Part shown: in pieces, positions 17,061-25,848 of the stretch | Layout of the letters: each line of letters starts with the position of its first letter | Numbering within the stretch: the stretch's first letter is position 1 | Source of the DNA: Acidobacteriota bacterium | Lineage (GTDB): Bacteria; Acidobacteriota; Vicinamibacteria; Vicinamibacterales; 2-12-FULL-66-21 | Length of the DNA: 30,917 bases | Direction: 5' to 3' | Assembly: GCA_013694635.1 (NCBI GenBank) | Contig: JACDCA010000764.1 | Span: forward strand, 1 to 30,917 | Translations under genes and position numbers: made by a program | The notes under the pieces: generated by a model | Databases searched by the model: none | What the model was told of the DNA's origin: nothing | What the model saw: only the letters and a program-made list of their open reading frames with translations

Positions 17061-17185
17061 TGGGGTGCACGGGGGTCAGATCCTGTTTCGTGCAGGTTTA
17101 TCCTCTAGTCGTGACAACCACCGCGCCCCAGCCCTCGAATCATCCTCGCAGCGGGTCCCTGGTTCGTTCACCCGCGCAGAAGCGT

Positions 17186-17210
17186 GCGCAGCCCTGAAGG
17201 GCTGGACTAC
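17186..17210 (-). repeat. GTAG-tagged REP-like palindrome
   Basis: The minus strand reads GTAG-TC-CAGCCC-TTCA-GGGCTG-CGC, a GTAG tetranucleotide followed by a 6-bp stem and 4-nt loop. The GTAG contains the esterase stop codon. Confidence 0.55.
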
Positions 17211-18145
17211 GGCCGAGGCTTCCACTGGACGAACCCCATCTCCACCAGCCACATTTCGCACAGCGTCGTCCAGGACTCGGTCGAGCCCGGATTATTCCGC
17301 AGCGCGATGGCGTGACCGCCGCGTGGAAACAGGTGCAGGCTCGCCGACACACGGTTCTCCACCAGCGCTTTGACAAACAGCAGGCTGTTGCGAACATCGA
17401 CGGCCTTGTCGTCAGAGGCGTGCACCACGAATGCGGGGGGCGTTGCCGGCGTCACCTGCCGCTCCACCGAGTACGCGCGCACCAGCTGCTCCGGCGGATT
17501 CGGGCCGAGGAGCCGGGTCCTGCTTCCTGCGTGCGCGTGTTCCCCCATCGTGATGACGGGTGACACGAGAATCATGAAATTTGGAGCGAACGATCTCTTG
17601 TCTACTTGATCGTCGATCCCGCCGGCGTCCGCAGTGGACGTTCCAAGAACTGCCGCCAGGTGGCCGCCTGACGAAGTGCCCATGACGCCGAGCTTGTCAG
17701 GGTTGATGCCCCACGTGGCGGCTCTGGACCGGATCACCCGCATCGCCCGCTGCGCATCCTGCAGCGGAGCGAGGTGTCGCTCCTTTACGTCCGGCGACTC
17801 GGGCAGGCGATAAGTCAGCACGAACGCGCTGACACCCATGGAATTGAACCACTTCGCCAACTGCGTTCCGCTGATGACGTGCGCGAGCCAGGCGTATCCT
17901 CCTCCGGGACAAATCAGGACCGCCGCGCCCGTGTTTTCCTGCGACGAGGGGAAAAAGGCATGGATCCCCGGGGTGCCGACCTGGCGGATCCGTTCGTTCT
18001 CGATGCGGTCCTCGAGCGCAATCCCCCGCGAGTTGGGCATCGACCCTTTGGGCCAGAGTGGAATGAACTCCTGGGCGCTCGCGGACTGTGCGCTCAGTCC
18101 AACGCTCAGTCCAAGAACGAGAACCACGACACACGAACGCAGCAT
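17207..18145 (-). CDS. Secreted alpha/beta-hydrolase (carbohydrate/acetyl esterase-like), about 312 aa
   Basis: Start MLRSCVVVLVLG at 18145 (signal peptide ending SASA-Q). CPGGGY oxyanion motif, GTSSGG nucleophile elbow, SDD and GGH for the catalytic Asp and His. Confidence 0.88.
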   Translation of the reverse strand: MLRSCVVVLVLGLSVGLSAQSASAQEFIPLWPKGSMPNSRGIALEDRIENERIRQVGTPGIHAFFPSSQENTGAAVLICPGGGYAWLAHVISGTQLAKWFNSMGVSAFVLTYRLPESPDVKERHLAPLQDAQRAMRVIRSRAATWGINPDKLGVMGTSSGGHLAAVLGTSTADAGGIDDQVDKRSFAPNFMILVSPVITMGEHAHAGSRTRLLGPNPPEQLVRAYSVERQVTPATPPAFVVHASDDKAVDVRNSLLFVKALVENRVSASLHLFPRGGHAIALRNNPGSTESWTTLCEMWLVEMGFVQWKPRP

Positions 18146-18149
18146 GCTT

Positions 18150-21100
18150 CTAGCGCATGCCCGCCAGGCTCTCGGAATGTGACGGCACGACCGGAAGCTT
18201 CTTGGTGGACGAGGGATCGGCGGCGGCACGCAGGAGGTTGATTGCGAACAGACGCGCGGCTGGGTCGACGGTCACCGATTCTTCGAGATCCATATCGCAG
18301 ATCCACACGCGGCCGCGACCAAGCGGAATCTCGAACAGCACCGTCAGGTACTGCTCCGGCACGCGCTCGGCGGCAATGTACCCGTGCGCCGGGATGAACC
18401 GTATCAGTTCCCGCGCTGCGCCGCCAGCTTTCAAACGATGCGCGCTGCTCGCGACAAAGACACGCCAGTCATCCTTGCGTCCCCACCACTTGATGTCCAT
18501 GGGGCGGAGTCCGGCCGTCAGCAGCGTCCCGGCGGACGGGGCGTAATCGGCGAACTCCCCGGTGACGGCCCTGACCGCCGACACGTCACTGGGGAACAGG
18601 TCAACAGCGCTTCTGCCGGGGGAGAACAGAACGGCAGTCGCCCCCTGTTCTATCAGTTGACGCAGGCGTCCACCCACTGCCATCGCGGTCTGCGCTGCGC
18701 CGGGCCCGACGAGGACGACTGAGCGCGACGCCTCGCCACCCGCAGGCAAGTCGTCGATCACCTGTTCGAACATTCGCGCCTCGGTCACCAACTGCCGCAA
18801 CCCCGGGCCCAATGAGATAGCGGTGGCCTGGCTCTTCGACGGCGGTGCGGCCGGCTGAGCGTTCCGCGGAAACACTTCGACCCTGTCCAGCGTCCGGCTC
18901 ACCTCGCGCTTGCCGTCCGCAAGCCGCAGCTCGAGATGCATGGAGACGCGCGCGTCCTTCGTCTCCGGCACGCGAAGGCGCAGCGGGTGGCGGGTGGTCG
19001 CGTAATAAGGAAGACTCTCGATGATCCCAGCGTCGATCGTGGAGATTTCGCGTCGGGTACGTTCGTCCACGAACACGGCACTCAGCTTCAGCCGCTGCAG
19101 GCCACGAAACTGCTCATCGTCATTGGTGAGGAAGACACCGGTGTCGATCTCTTCTCCCGCATGAAAGCGCCGCCGCCCCGTTTCCAGCGCCAACCCGACG
19201 GGAGCCCACGCGTGGCGCATCGCCTGATACACGGGATACGGCGCGACCCGCCGCGCGTCGTAGCTGTGCGCGAACCAGCACTCCGCCGAGAACAGCATGA
19301 ATCCGGCAGTGCGATCGCCGCGCTGAAAGCGGAGCTGCTCGGCCCAGCGTTTCGTCACCGCGCGGTTGTGTTCGAGAAACACCGCCGGAGCGCGACCGGG
19401 ATACGCGTCCTGCCCGACCCAGGCCTGGGGCGTCACCAGATCCCTGGTGTAGCGCAACACCGGCAGCCCGGTGTCGAGGTCCGGGTAGCCGGTGGACATC
19501 TCCTGCCCGATGAGCGGACGGTCCGGCGTCAGGTTCCTGATGTCGGCCAGTGAATCCACCACGAACGGCGAATCGCTGTACCACCCGCGATATCGATGAA
19601 TATCATCCGCATCCCCATCGTCTATCCCGTTCGGCTGGAGTGTCTTTTCATAGAACTCCGCTTCACGTTGATGCGTCGAGTCAGCAATGACCGGACGATA
19701 GGGATCGAGACGACGAGTCTGTTTGACGACCTGGGACAGCAGCTTCCATTTGTCGAGATTCTTCGCGTCGCGCAAGAGCATTTCGTTGCCGACGGTCCAC
19801 AGCAGGATGCTCGGATGGTTCCGCCCGCGCCTGACGACATCCTCGTTTTCCATCAGCCAGTGGTTGAACACGTCAGGCGGCGGCGGGCCGATGAGCCCGG
19901 CCAGCGCCCAGGGACGGATGCCTTCGATACTCACCCCCAACCCGATTTCATCCGCTGCTCTCAGCCACTCCTCATTCCACGGGGTGGCGTGCGTCCGCGT
20001 CACGCGCTGATTGCCGTCGTGCATCAACTGAATCAGCGTGCGCGGCAGTGCAGGGTCCCAGGAGTTCTTGCCGTAGGGAAGCTGGTTCGCGCCGCGCAGC
20101 CAGTACGGCTTGCCGTTCAGGAAAAACCGGTTGCCGCGTGCTTCGAACGTGCGGAAGCCGACGTTGTGCGTCCACTGATCGAGCACTTCCCCGGATGCGG
20201 CTTCGAGCATCACGTCCAGTCGGTAGAGGTTCGGATCCGCAGGCGTCCACAGCTTCGGCTGCACGTTACGCAGCGTGAGCTCCTGCGTCACCCGGCTTTC
20301 GCCGAGCTGCAGCGTGACCGGGCCGGCGGTCGCGAACACGGTGCCGGTCTTCGCGTCGGTCCATCGTGCTTTCAGAACGGCAGGCTGCGGGCCCGCCAGG
20401 CTGCGCATCTCCACCTGCACCCTCGCGCCCTCGAGCGTCGGGACGAACCACGCATCGTCAATCATCGCGCCGCCGCGGACGACCAGCTGCACCGGCTGCC
20501 AGATGCCGTGCAGGTCGTAACTGCGATTGTTCGCATCGGGCGAAAGGGGGCCGAACATGCCCTTGCTCAACGTCAGGATCTTCGAAGCCGTGAGATTCAC
20601 CGTGACGGCCTGGCCGAGTGACAGCGTTGAGCTGGGAATCTTTTCCATCGAGACGAACACCGACAGCCGGTTGCGCCCGGCCCTCAGGTGCGGCGTCAAG
20701 TCATACCCGAAGCGGCTGAACATGCCGACGTGTTCGCCGAGGAGCTGGCCGTTGAGGAAGGCGCGGCTCTTCATCGCGACGCCGTCGAACTCGATGAAGA
20801 TGCGCCGACCGCGCGGCAAGGCGGGCACCTCCAACTGCAGCTGATACCAGCCGTCTTCCGCCCGCTCGGTATCGAAGCCGAGTTTCCGGAGTCGCGCCGC
20901 TTCGAACGCCTTGAAGTCTTCCGAGTCGTCCAGCCACCATTGCGTGCGATTGAGAAGCTGTGGAACCGGAACCGCGACATAACCAGTCAGCGACTCGTCC
21001 AGCTGCGGCTGTTCGGTCGGCTGCACGAGATAGCCCGGCTTGTACCGCCACTGCCCCGTCAGGTCGATCGATCGCCCCGGCTGCAACTGCGTCGCCGCGA

Positions 21101-21248
21101 CGCTCACCGAGCCGGCCGGGACAATCGTCTGCGCGAACACATCTTCCGGCTGAAGTCTGAAGCCAGCGGCCAGGAAGCCACCGCCCACTACGACCGCGAC
21201 GGCAACCGGAACGAGCAAGGATCGATGCCGCAGGCCGAGAACGCTCAT
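18150..21248 (-). CDS. Secreted glycoside hydrolase family 2, about 1032 aa, with a C-terminal extension
   Basis: ATG 21248 overlaps the MFS stop (ATGA). IDLTGQWRY, IEFDGVAM..FLNG..LGEH.GMF, GIWQPV, WTPADPNLY, VGFRTFE..FFLNGKPYWLRG, acid/base WTVGNE and probable nucleophile IGQE. Confidence 0.92.
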   Translation of the reverse strand: MSVLGLRHRSLLVPVAVAVVVGGGFLAAGFRLQPEDVFAQTIVPAGSVSVAATQLQPGRSIDLTGQWRYKPGYLVQPTEQPQLDESLTGYVAVPVPQLLNRTQWWLDDSEDFKAFEAARLRKLGFDTERAEDGWYQLQLEVPALPRGRRIFIEFDGVAMKSRAFLNGQLLGEHVGMFSRFGYDLTPHLRAGRNRLSVFVSMEKIPSSTLSLGQAVTVNLTASKILTLSKGMFGPLSPDANNRSYDLHGIWQPVQLVVRGGAMIDDAWFVPTLEGARVQVEMRSLAGPQPAVLKARWTDAKTGTVFATAGPVTLQLGESRVTQELTLRNVQPKLWTPADPNLYRLDVMLEAASGEVLDQWTHNVGFRTFEARGNRFFLNGKPYWLRGANQLPYGKNSWDPALPRTLIQLMHDGNQRVTRTHATPWNEEWLRAADEIGLGVSIEGIRPWALAGLIGPPPPDVFNHWLMENEDVVRRGRNHPSILLWTVGNEMLLRDAKNLDKWKLLSQVVKQTRRLDPYRPVIADSTHQREAEFYEKTLQPNGIDDGDADDIHRYRGWYSDSPFVVDSLADIRNLTPDRPLIGQEMSTGYPDLDTGLPVLRYTRDLVTPQAWVGQDAYPGRAPAVFLEHNRAVTKRWAEQLRFQRGDRTAGFMLFSAECWFAHSYDARRVAPYPVYQAMRHAWAPVGLALETGRRRFHAGEEIDTGVFLTNDDEQFRGLQRLKLSAVFVDERTRREISTIDAGIIESLPYYATTRHPLRLRVPETKDARVSMHLELRLADGKREVSRTLDRVEVFPRNAQPAAPPSKSQATAISLGPGLRQLVTEARMFEQVIDDLPAGGEASRSVVLVGPGAAQTAMAVGGRLRQLIEQGATAVLFSPGRSAVDLFPSDVSAVRAVTGEFADYAPSAGTLLTAGLRPMDIKWWGRKDDWRVFVASSAHRLKAGGAARELIRFIPAHGYIAAERVPEQYLTVLFEIPLGRGRVWICDMDLEESVTVDPAARLFAINLLRAAADPSSTKKLPVVPSHSESLAGMR
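21143..21181. repeat. Degenerate REP-like palindrome inside the GH2 signal/N-terminal coding region
   Basis: CTTCCGGC-TGAA-GTCTGAAG is an imperfect hairpin with the same TGAA loop as the 17186 element, followed by GGAAGCCAC. It resembles, from memory only, the GTGGCTTCCGGCTTCAGCCGGAAG repeat of Vicinamibacteria. Confidence 0.3.
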
Positions 21249-22528
21249 GCTCGGGATTCTCCAAGTGACTGGCCAGCGGGTCTGAATGTGGAGATCAGAA
21301 GGTGCATCACGCCGAGCGCCAGCAGGTAGACGGTTCCGAAGCACAGAAACACGGGCCCGTAAGAGCCGCCGGACCAGTCGAGCCAATACCCAATGAGCGG
21401 CGACGTGAGCATGCCCGAGATAGCACCAGCCGTGCCGCCGATGCCGACAACCGAGCCCACCGCGCGACTCGGCACCATGTCGGCGACGAGCGTGAACAGA
21501 TTCGCGGACCATCCCTGGTGCGCCGCGGTCGCCAGGCTGATCAGCGCCACGGCACCCCACAGGTTGTCGCCGAGGCGGCTCACCAGCATCACCGGCACAA
21601 CGGCCAATGCGCAGATCAGCATCGCGGTCTTACGCGCGGCGTTGAGTGACCAGCCACGCTTCAGCAGAGACGACGAGAGCCACCCTCCGCCGATGGACCC
21701 CACATCCGCGGCCAGGTAGATGGTGATGAGCGGCACGCCCATCTGCAGGATGTTGAGACCGTGCGTCCGATCGAGAAATCCCGGCAGCCAGAACAGATAG
21801 AACCACCACACGGGATCCGTCAGGAATTTCCCGATCGCAAAGACCCATGTGGCGCGCACGGCGAAGAGGCTGCTCCACGGGATCGCCGGCAAAGGGATCG
21901 TCGTCGCCTCGCGGCCTTCCCTGATGAACGCCAGTTCTGCCGGCGCGAGCCGCGGGTGTTCTTCCGGCTTCCGGTAGAACCAGAGCCACAGCGCCAGCCA
22001 CAGAAAACCAACCGCTCCAGTGAGCAGGAAGGCGGCCTGCCAGCCCCACTTCACCGCGATGATCGGGACGACCAGCGGTGCAACGATGGCCCCCACGTTC
22101 GAGCCGCTGTTCAGGATGCCTGTGGCGAGCGCCCGCTCGCGCGCGGGGAACCATTCGGTGACCGTCTTGATGCACGCTGGAAAGTTCGCCGCTTCTCCAA
22201 TTCCGAGGGCAAACCGCGCCGCCGCGAAGCCGCTCGCGCTGCGCGCAAGCGCGTGGGCCATTCCCGCCACGCTCCAGACGACGATCGCGACCGCAAAGCC
22301 GGTGCGGGTGCCGAACAGGTCGAGCAGGCGCCCGGCAAACAGAAGCATGAGGCCGTACGCGCCCTGGAAGGAAAACGCGATCCATCCGTACTCCGCTTCG
22401 CTCCAGTTCAATTCGCGCGCGAGCATCGGCTTCAACAGACCGAGCACCTGCCGGTCGACGTAGTTGATGGCGGTGGCGAGAAACAGCAGCCCGCAGATGT
22501 ACCACCGCAGGTGCGGGAGGGGTTTCAC
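21245..22528 (-). CDS. MFS transporter, ExuT-like hexuronate/anion:cation symporter family, 427 aa
   Basis: LRWYICGLLFLATAINYVDRQ, GIGEAANFPACIK..EWFP.RER..ATG..NSG and DPVWWFYLFW. About 12 TM helices. GTGA coupling to the SDR. Confidence 0.92.
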   Translation of the reverse strand: MKPLPHLRWYICGLLFLATAINYVDRQVLGLLKPMLARELNWSEAEYGWIAFSFQGAYGLMLLFAGRLLDLFGTRTGFAVAIVVWSVAGMAHALARSASGFAAARFALGIGEAANFPACIKTVTEWFPARERALATGILNSGSNVGAIVAPLVVPIIAVKWGWQAAFLLTGAVGFLWLALWLWFYRKPEEHPRLAPAELAFIREGREATTIPLPAIPWSSLFAVRATWVFAIGKFLTDPVWWFYLFWLPGFLDRTHGLNILQMGVPLITIYLAADVGSIGGGWLSSSLLKRGWSLNAARKTAMLICALAVVPVMLVSRLGDNLWGAVALISLATAAHQGWSANLFTLVADMVPSRAVGSVVGIGGTAGAISGMLTSPLIGYWLDWSGGSYGPVFLCFGTVYLLALGVMHLLISTFRPAGQSLGESRA

Positions 22529-23322
22529 GAGTTCACTCCCGACGCCAGGAAGCCGCCGTCGATGACGATGGCCTGACCGGTGATGAAGCTGGCGGCGTCC
22601 GACGCCAGGAACGCGGCAGCGCCGACAACCTCTTCAGGCCGGCCGAATCGCCCCATCGGGGTCCGCATCAACAACTCGCGGCCGCGCGGCGTGCCGTCGA
22701 GGAGCGCGGCGTTCAAGTCGGTCCGGAATACGCCGGGCACGACGGCGTTCACGTTCACGCCCTGCGGGGCCCATTCCGTGCCGAGGCTGCGAGTGAGCGA
22801 TAGAACCGCGGCCTTCGACGCGCCGTAAGCCGCGACCTCGTGAAAAGCGACGAACGAAGACAACGATGCGATATTGACGATGCGGCCCCGGCGGTGGCGC
22901 GACAGCGCCGCGAAGAACGCCTGGCAGGCGTATAGCGTGCCGGTCAGGTTGGCCTCGAGCACGGAGGCCCATTCATCGCCGGTGACGTCCGCCGTCGGAC
23001 GACGGGCCGTGCGGCCGGCCGCGTTCACCAGCACATCCACGCCACCCAGCTGTGCGCACACGGCATCGCACAACGCGTCCACCGAATCGCGGGAGACAAC
23101 GTCCACGCCCTGCTCGAGTGTCCGCCGGCCCATCCCGCGAATCTCGGCGCATGTCTCTGCGACGAGTGCGGTGCGTCGGCCTGCGGGAACAACGTCCGCA
23201 CCGCACTCTGCAAGACCGATGGCAATGGCGCGGCCGAGGCCGGATGTGCCGCCGACAACCACGGCGACCCTGCCGGTCAGGTCGGTGAAGTTTCGAGGGT
23301 AGCGCTCAACCGGCGCTGTCAC
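22525..23322 (-). CDS. Short-chain dehydrogenase/reductase (KduD / gluconate-5-dehydrogenase / SDR-type mannonate oxidoreductase-like), about 265 aa
   Basis: GTG 23322 overlaps the uxaC stop. GGTSGLG, NAAG, NIAS, YGASK, VNAVVPG and TPMGRFGRPEE...VIDGGF motifs. Confidence 0.9.
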   Translation of the reverse strand: MTAPVERYPRNFTDLTGRVAVVVGGTSGLGRAIAIGLAECGADVVPAGRRTALVAETCAEIRGMGRRTLEQGVDVVSRDSVDALCDAVCAQLGGVDVLVNAAGRTARRPTADVTGDEWASVLEANLTGTLYACQAFFAALSRHRRGRIVNIASLSSFVAFHEVAAYGASKAAVLSLTRSLGTEWAPQGVNVNAVVPGVFRTDLNAALLDGTPRGRELLMRTPMGRFGRPEEVVGAAAFLASDAASFITGQAIVIDGGFLASGVNS

Positions 23323-24614
23323 GCCGACTGCCTCGACGGCGTCCACTGCAGAAAGTTGTCGGCGAGGAGGCGACCGACGTCGCGTTCGATCTCGGCAACA
23401 GTCACCGGGCGTCCATTCTCGACGACACGCACGTACTGGTCCGCAAGGGCGAGGGAGATTTCGCGCCTCGCGTGTGGCCACTTGTAGAGCAGTTGCTCGA
23501 GCACTCGCGCGTCGGAATGCTGGGCGATGAAGCTCGTGCCGAGCATTTCGAGCCGCTCGCGCGTGATCTCGGAAACGATCGACGGATTGTTGAGAAACCA
23601 CCAGCAGCCAAACGGCATCAGGTTCGAAAACTTCCGCGCCGCCACGCACAGGTCATGCTGGTTCTCCCGCGACAGCATCGTCACCAGGAACCGGTTGTCA
23701 GGATGCTCGGCACACATCCGCTGGACAGCGGTCACGTCAGCGCGGCCCAGTCCGTCGCCCGCGTCGTGGAGCTCGGGGTTCACGGCGCGGCGCACGCCGA
23801 TCATCATCGCGAAGGGCAGGCCATGATCGCGGCAGGCGGGCAGGACGACATCGCGAATGAGCAGCCCCCGCGGTCCGTCGCCAGGCCATGCGAAGTCATC
23901 GGGTAGCGAGACCGCCAGGTACAGCGGAGCCATGCGTGCGATCCACGCATCAATGAAACGGCGAGCCTGAACGACGGTTGCGGCGTCCGGCTCCGCAGCG
24001 GCGGCGTATCCTGCGGCGATCAGTCGCTTGCGACCCTCTGGCCAGTCGTTCAACAGCGTGTCGAGACGAAGGGCGGTGTGGAAGCGGTCGTCGAGCTCGG
24101 GTCCCTCGTCCCACACGCGAACTTCTCGCGTGTCGAAAGGGTCGTTGGTCATGACGACCCCCCCGACGCGCGCGCGATCGAACACCCGGGCCAGGTGATC
24201 CGATGGCGTGACGTCGCGAAAGAACTCACGGGCCTCTGTCAGATTCGGCGCCGACGGGTCGAGACCGAGCGCCGAGAGGACGGCGACTACTCCGCACGTG
24301 GCTTCGGAGAGCGGGGTGTTGCGGACGAACAGCGCGTCCCACACAAGGTCGGCCTGCGCGGGTTTCGTCAGACGGCGAAACTGCTCCGGGCGCATCTCGA
24401 CCGCGCGCATCAACTCGGCGACCAGGTAGTGGTACGTGAGCAGGTCGTCGATGCCCGACCTGGTCAACTCGGTGAACGCAGGCGGGAACAGGTGCGTGTG
24501 CATGTCGAAGACCGCCATCTCCTGCACCACTCTCGCGGTGTGGAGGCGCACGTCCTCGGCCCCGTGAAGAGGCTGCTGCGGCACCGCGGTTCGGTTCTCG
24601 ACGATCTCAGTCAC
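23319..24614 (-). CDS. uxaC: Uronate (glucuronate/galacturonate) isomerase, Bacillus halodurans BH0493-type, about 431 aa
   Basis: [56 protein letters not shown] and [14 protein letters not shown]. Start GTG 24614 (alternative ATG 24635). Confidence 0.92.
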   Translation of the reverse strand: MTEIVENRTAVPQQPLHGAEDVRLHTARVVQEMAVFDMHTHLFPPAFTELTRSGIDDLLTYHYLVAELMRAVEMRPEQFRRLTKPAQADLVWDALFVRNTPLSEATCGVVAVLSALGLDPSAPNLTEAREFFRDVTPSDHLARVFDRARVGGVVMTNDPFDTREVRVWDEGPELDDRFHTALRLDTLLNDWPEGRKRLIAAGYAAAAEPDAATVVQARRFIDAWIARMAPLYLAVSLPDDFAWPGDGPRGLLIRDVVLPACRDHGLPFAMMIGVRRAVNPELHDAGDGLGRADVTAVQRMCAEHPDNRFLVTMLSRENQHDLCVAARKFSNLMPFGCWWFLNNPSIVSEITRERLEMLGTSFIAQHSDARVLEQLLYKWPHARREISLALADQYVRVVENGRPVTVAEIERDVGRLLADNFLQWTPSRQSA

Positions 24615-25848
24615 GCATGAATGGCTCCCGGTCATCTGCAGGATCGGCCCAGCGATCGTTGGGGACGAGCGGCGCCCATCCCGGACGGCCCGGATCCTGA
24701 TCGTACGGATACGGGCCGAGCTCCCGGTACAGCTCGGCGTACTGCGCGAGCTTGTCGCGGTCCAGCCGCACGCCCAGCCCGGGTCCCTCGGGCACACGGA
24801 TGCTTCCGCTGTCGTAGGTGAACTTTCCCCCCTCGATGATGTCGTCGGTGAGGTGGTGGTAATGCGCGTCGGCGGCAAACGACAGATTCGGGATCACTGC
24901 GCCGAGGTGCAGCATGGTGGCGAGCTGGATCCCGAGCTCGCCGGAGGAGTGAACAGCGACCCCGAGCTGGAAGGTCTCACAGACACCGGCCGCCTTGACG
25001 CACGCCCGGATGCCGCCCCAGAAGGTCGTATCGAGCAGAATGACATCGACGGCGCGGTGCAGCGCGTTGGCGGCGAGCTGCTCGAAGTTCACCACCACCG
25101 TGTTGGTGGCGAGCGGCAGCCGCAGCTTCTCCCGCGCATGCCGCATCCCGGTCAGCCCGAACACCGGATCCTCGAGGTAGTCGTTGTCGAGATCCTCGAT
25201 CGCGCGGCCGAACCGCACCGCCTGTTCGGTCGTCCAGACGGCGTTCGGGTCGAATCGGAACGTGTCGCCTGGCAGTGCAGCGGCGAGGGCGCGGTAGCAT
25301 TCGAGCTCGTAGTCGGGCCGGAACACCCCGCCTTTCATCTTGTGCGAGCGGAAGCCGTACTGCTCCTTCAGCTCCAGTGCGTGTGCGACGAGCTGCTCCA
25401 CTGTCCGGACGACACCCCGCCCGTTCGCTGATGCGTACCGGAAAAACAAGTACGAGGCGAACGGCACGCGATCGCGAACGCGCCCGCCAAGAATGTCGGA
25501 GACCGGGACGCCCCATGCCTGACCGAGCAGGTCGAGACAGGCAAACTCCAGCGCGGCGACGACCTGCGTCCTGTTGTTGTAGAGCGACGCGGTCGGATTG
25601 GCGAGCAGGAAGCGCATCTCTTCGAGACGCGCCGGATCACGCCCGAGCAGGCATGCCTTCAACGACTGCACCACCGCGACCGCTGACTCGCCGCCACCGC
25701 CCATCTCTCCGAGGCCGATGAGACCCGTGTCGGTCTCGATCTCCACGATCGTGCGGACGAACCGGCCCCAATGGCATCCGTTCGCGTGGCGCAGCGGCGC
25801 CTCGAGCGGAACGGTCACCGTCGTCGCGCGAACATCAGTGATCTTCAT
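24607..25848 (-). CDS. Enolase-superfamily acid-sugar dehydratase, glucarate dehydratase-like subgroup, about 413 aa
   Basis: ATG 25848 overlaps the upstream stop (ATGA). KMKGG, DPN, EDP, ATN and His motifs follow the GlucD layout. HSSGE and DAHY differ from the HSNNH and DTHW of canonical GudD. Confidence 0.88.
   Translation of the reverse strand: MKITDVRATTVTVPLEAPLRHANGCHWGRFVRTIVEIETDTGLIGLGEMGGGGESAVAVVQSLKACLLGRDPARLEEMRFLLANPTASLYNNRTQVVAALEFACLDLLGQAWGVPVSDILGGRVRDRVPFASYLFFRYASANGRGVVRTVEQLVAHALELKEQYGFRSHKMKGGVFRPDYELECYRALAAALPGDTFRFDPNAVWTTEQAVRFGRAIEDLDNDYLEDPVFGLTGMRHAREKLRLPLATNTVVVNFEQLAANALHRAVDVILLDTTFWGGIRACVKAAGVCETFQLGVAVHSSGELGIQLATMLHLGAVIPNLSFAADAHYHHLTDDIIEGGKFTYDSGSIRVPEGPGLGVRLDRDKLAQYAELYRELGPYPYDQDPGRPGWAPLVPNDRWADPADDREPFMRD

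Noticed and set aside
17071-17088. GGGGGTCAGATCC segment resembling GGGGTCAGACCCC-type repeats
   Set aside because: It is too short and lacks a partner arm, so it cannot be supported as a repeat from this window.
24607-25848. Calling the enolase gudD (true glucarate dehydratase)
   Set aside because: Substrate-binding motifs deviate, and the context (uxaC, SDR) lacks uronate dehydrogenase, KDG-glucarate aldolase or dehydratase genes.
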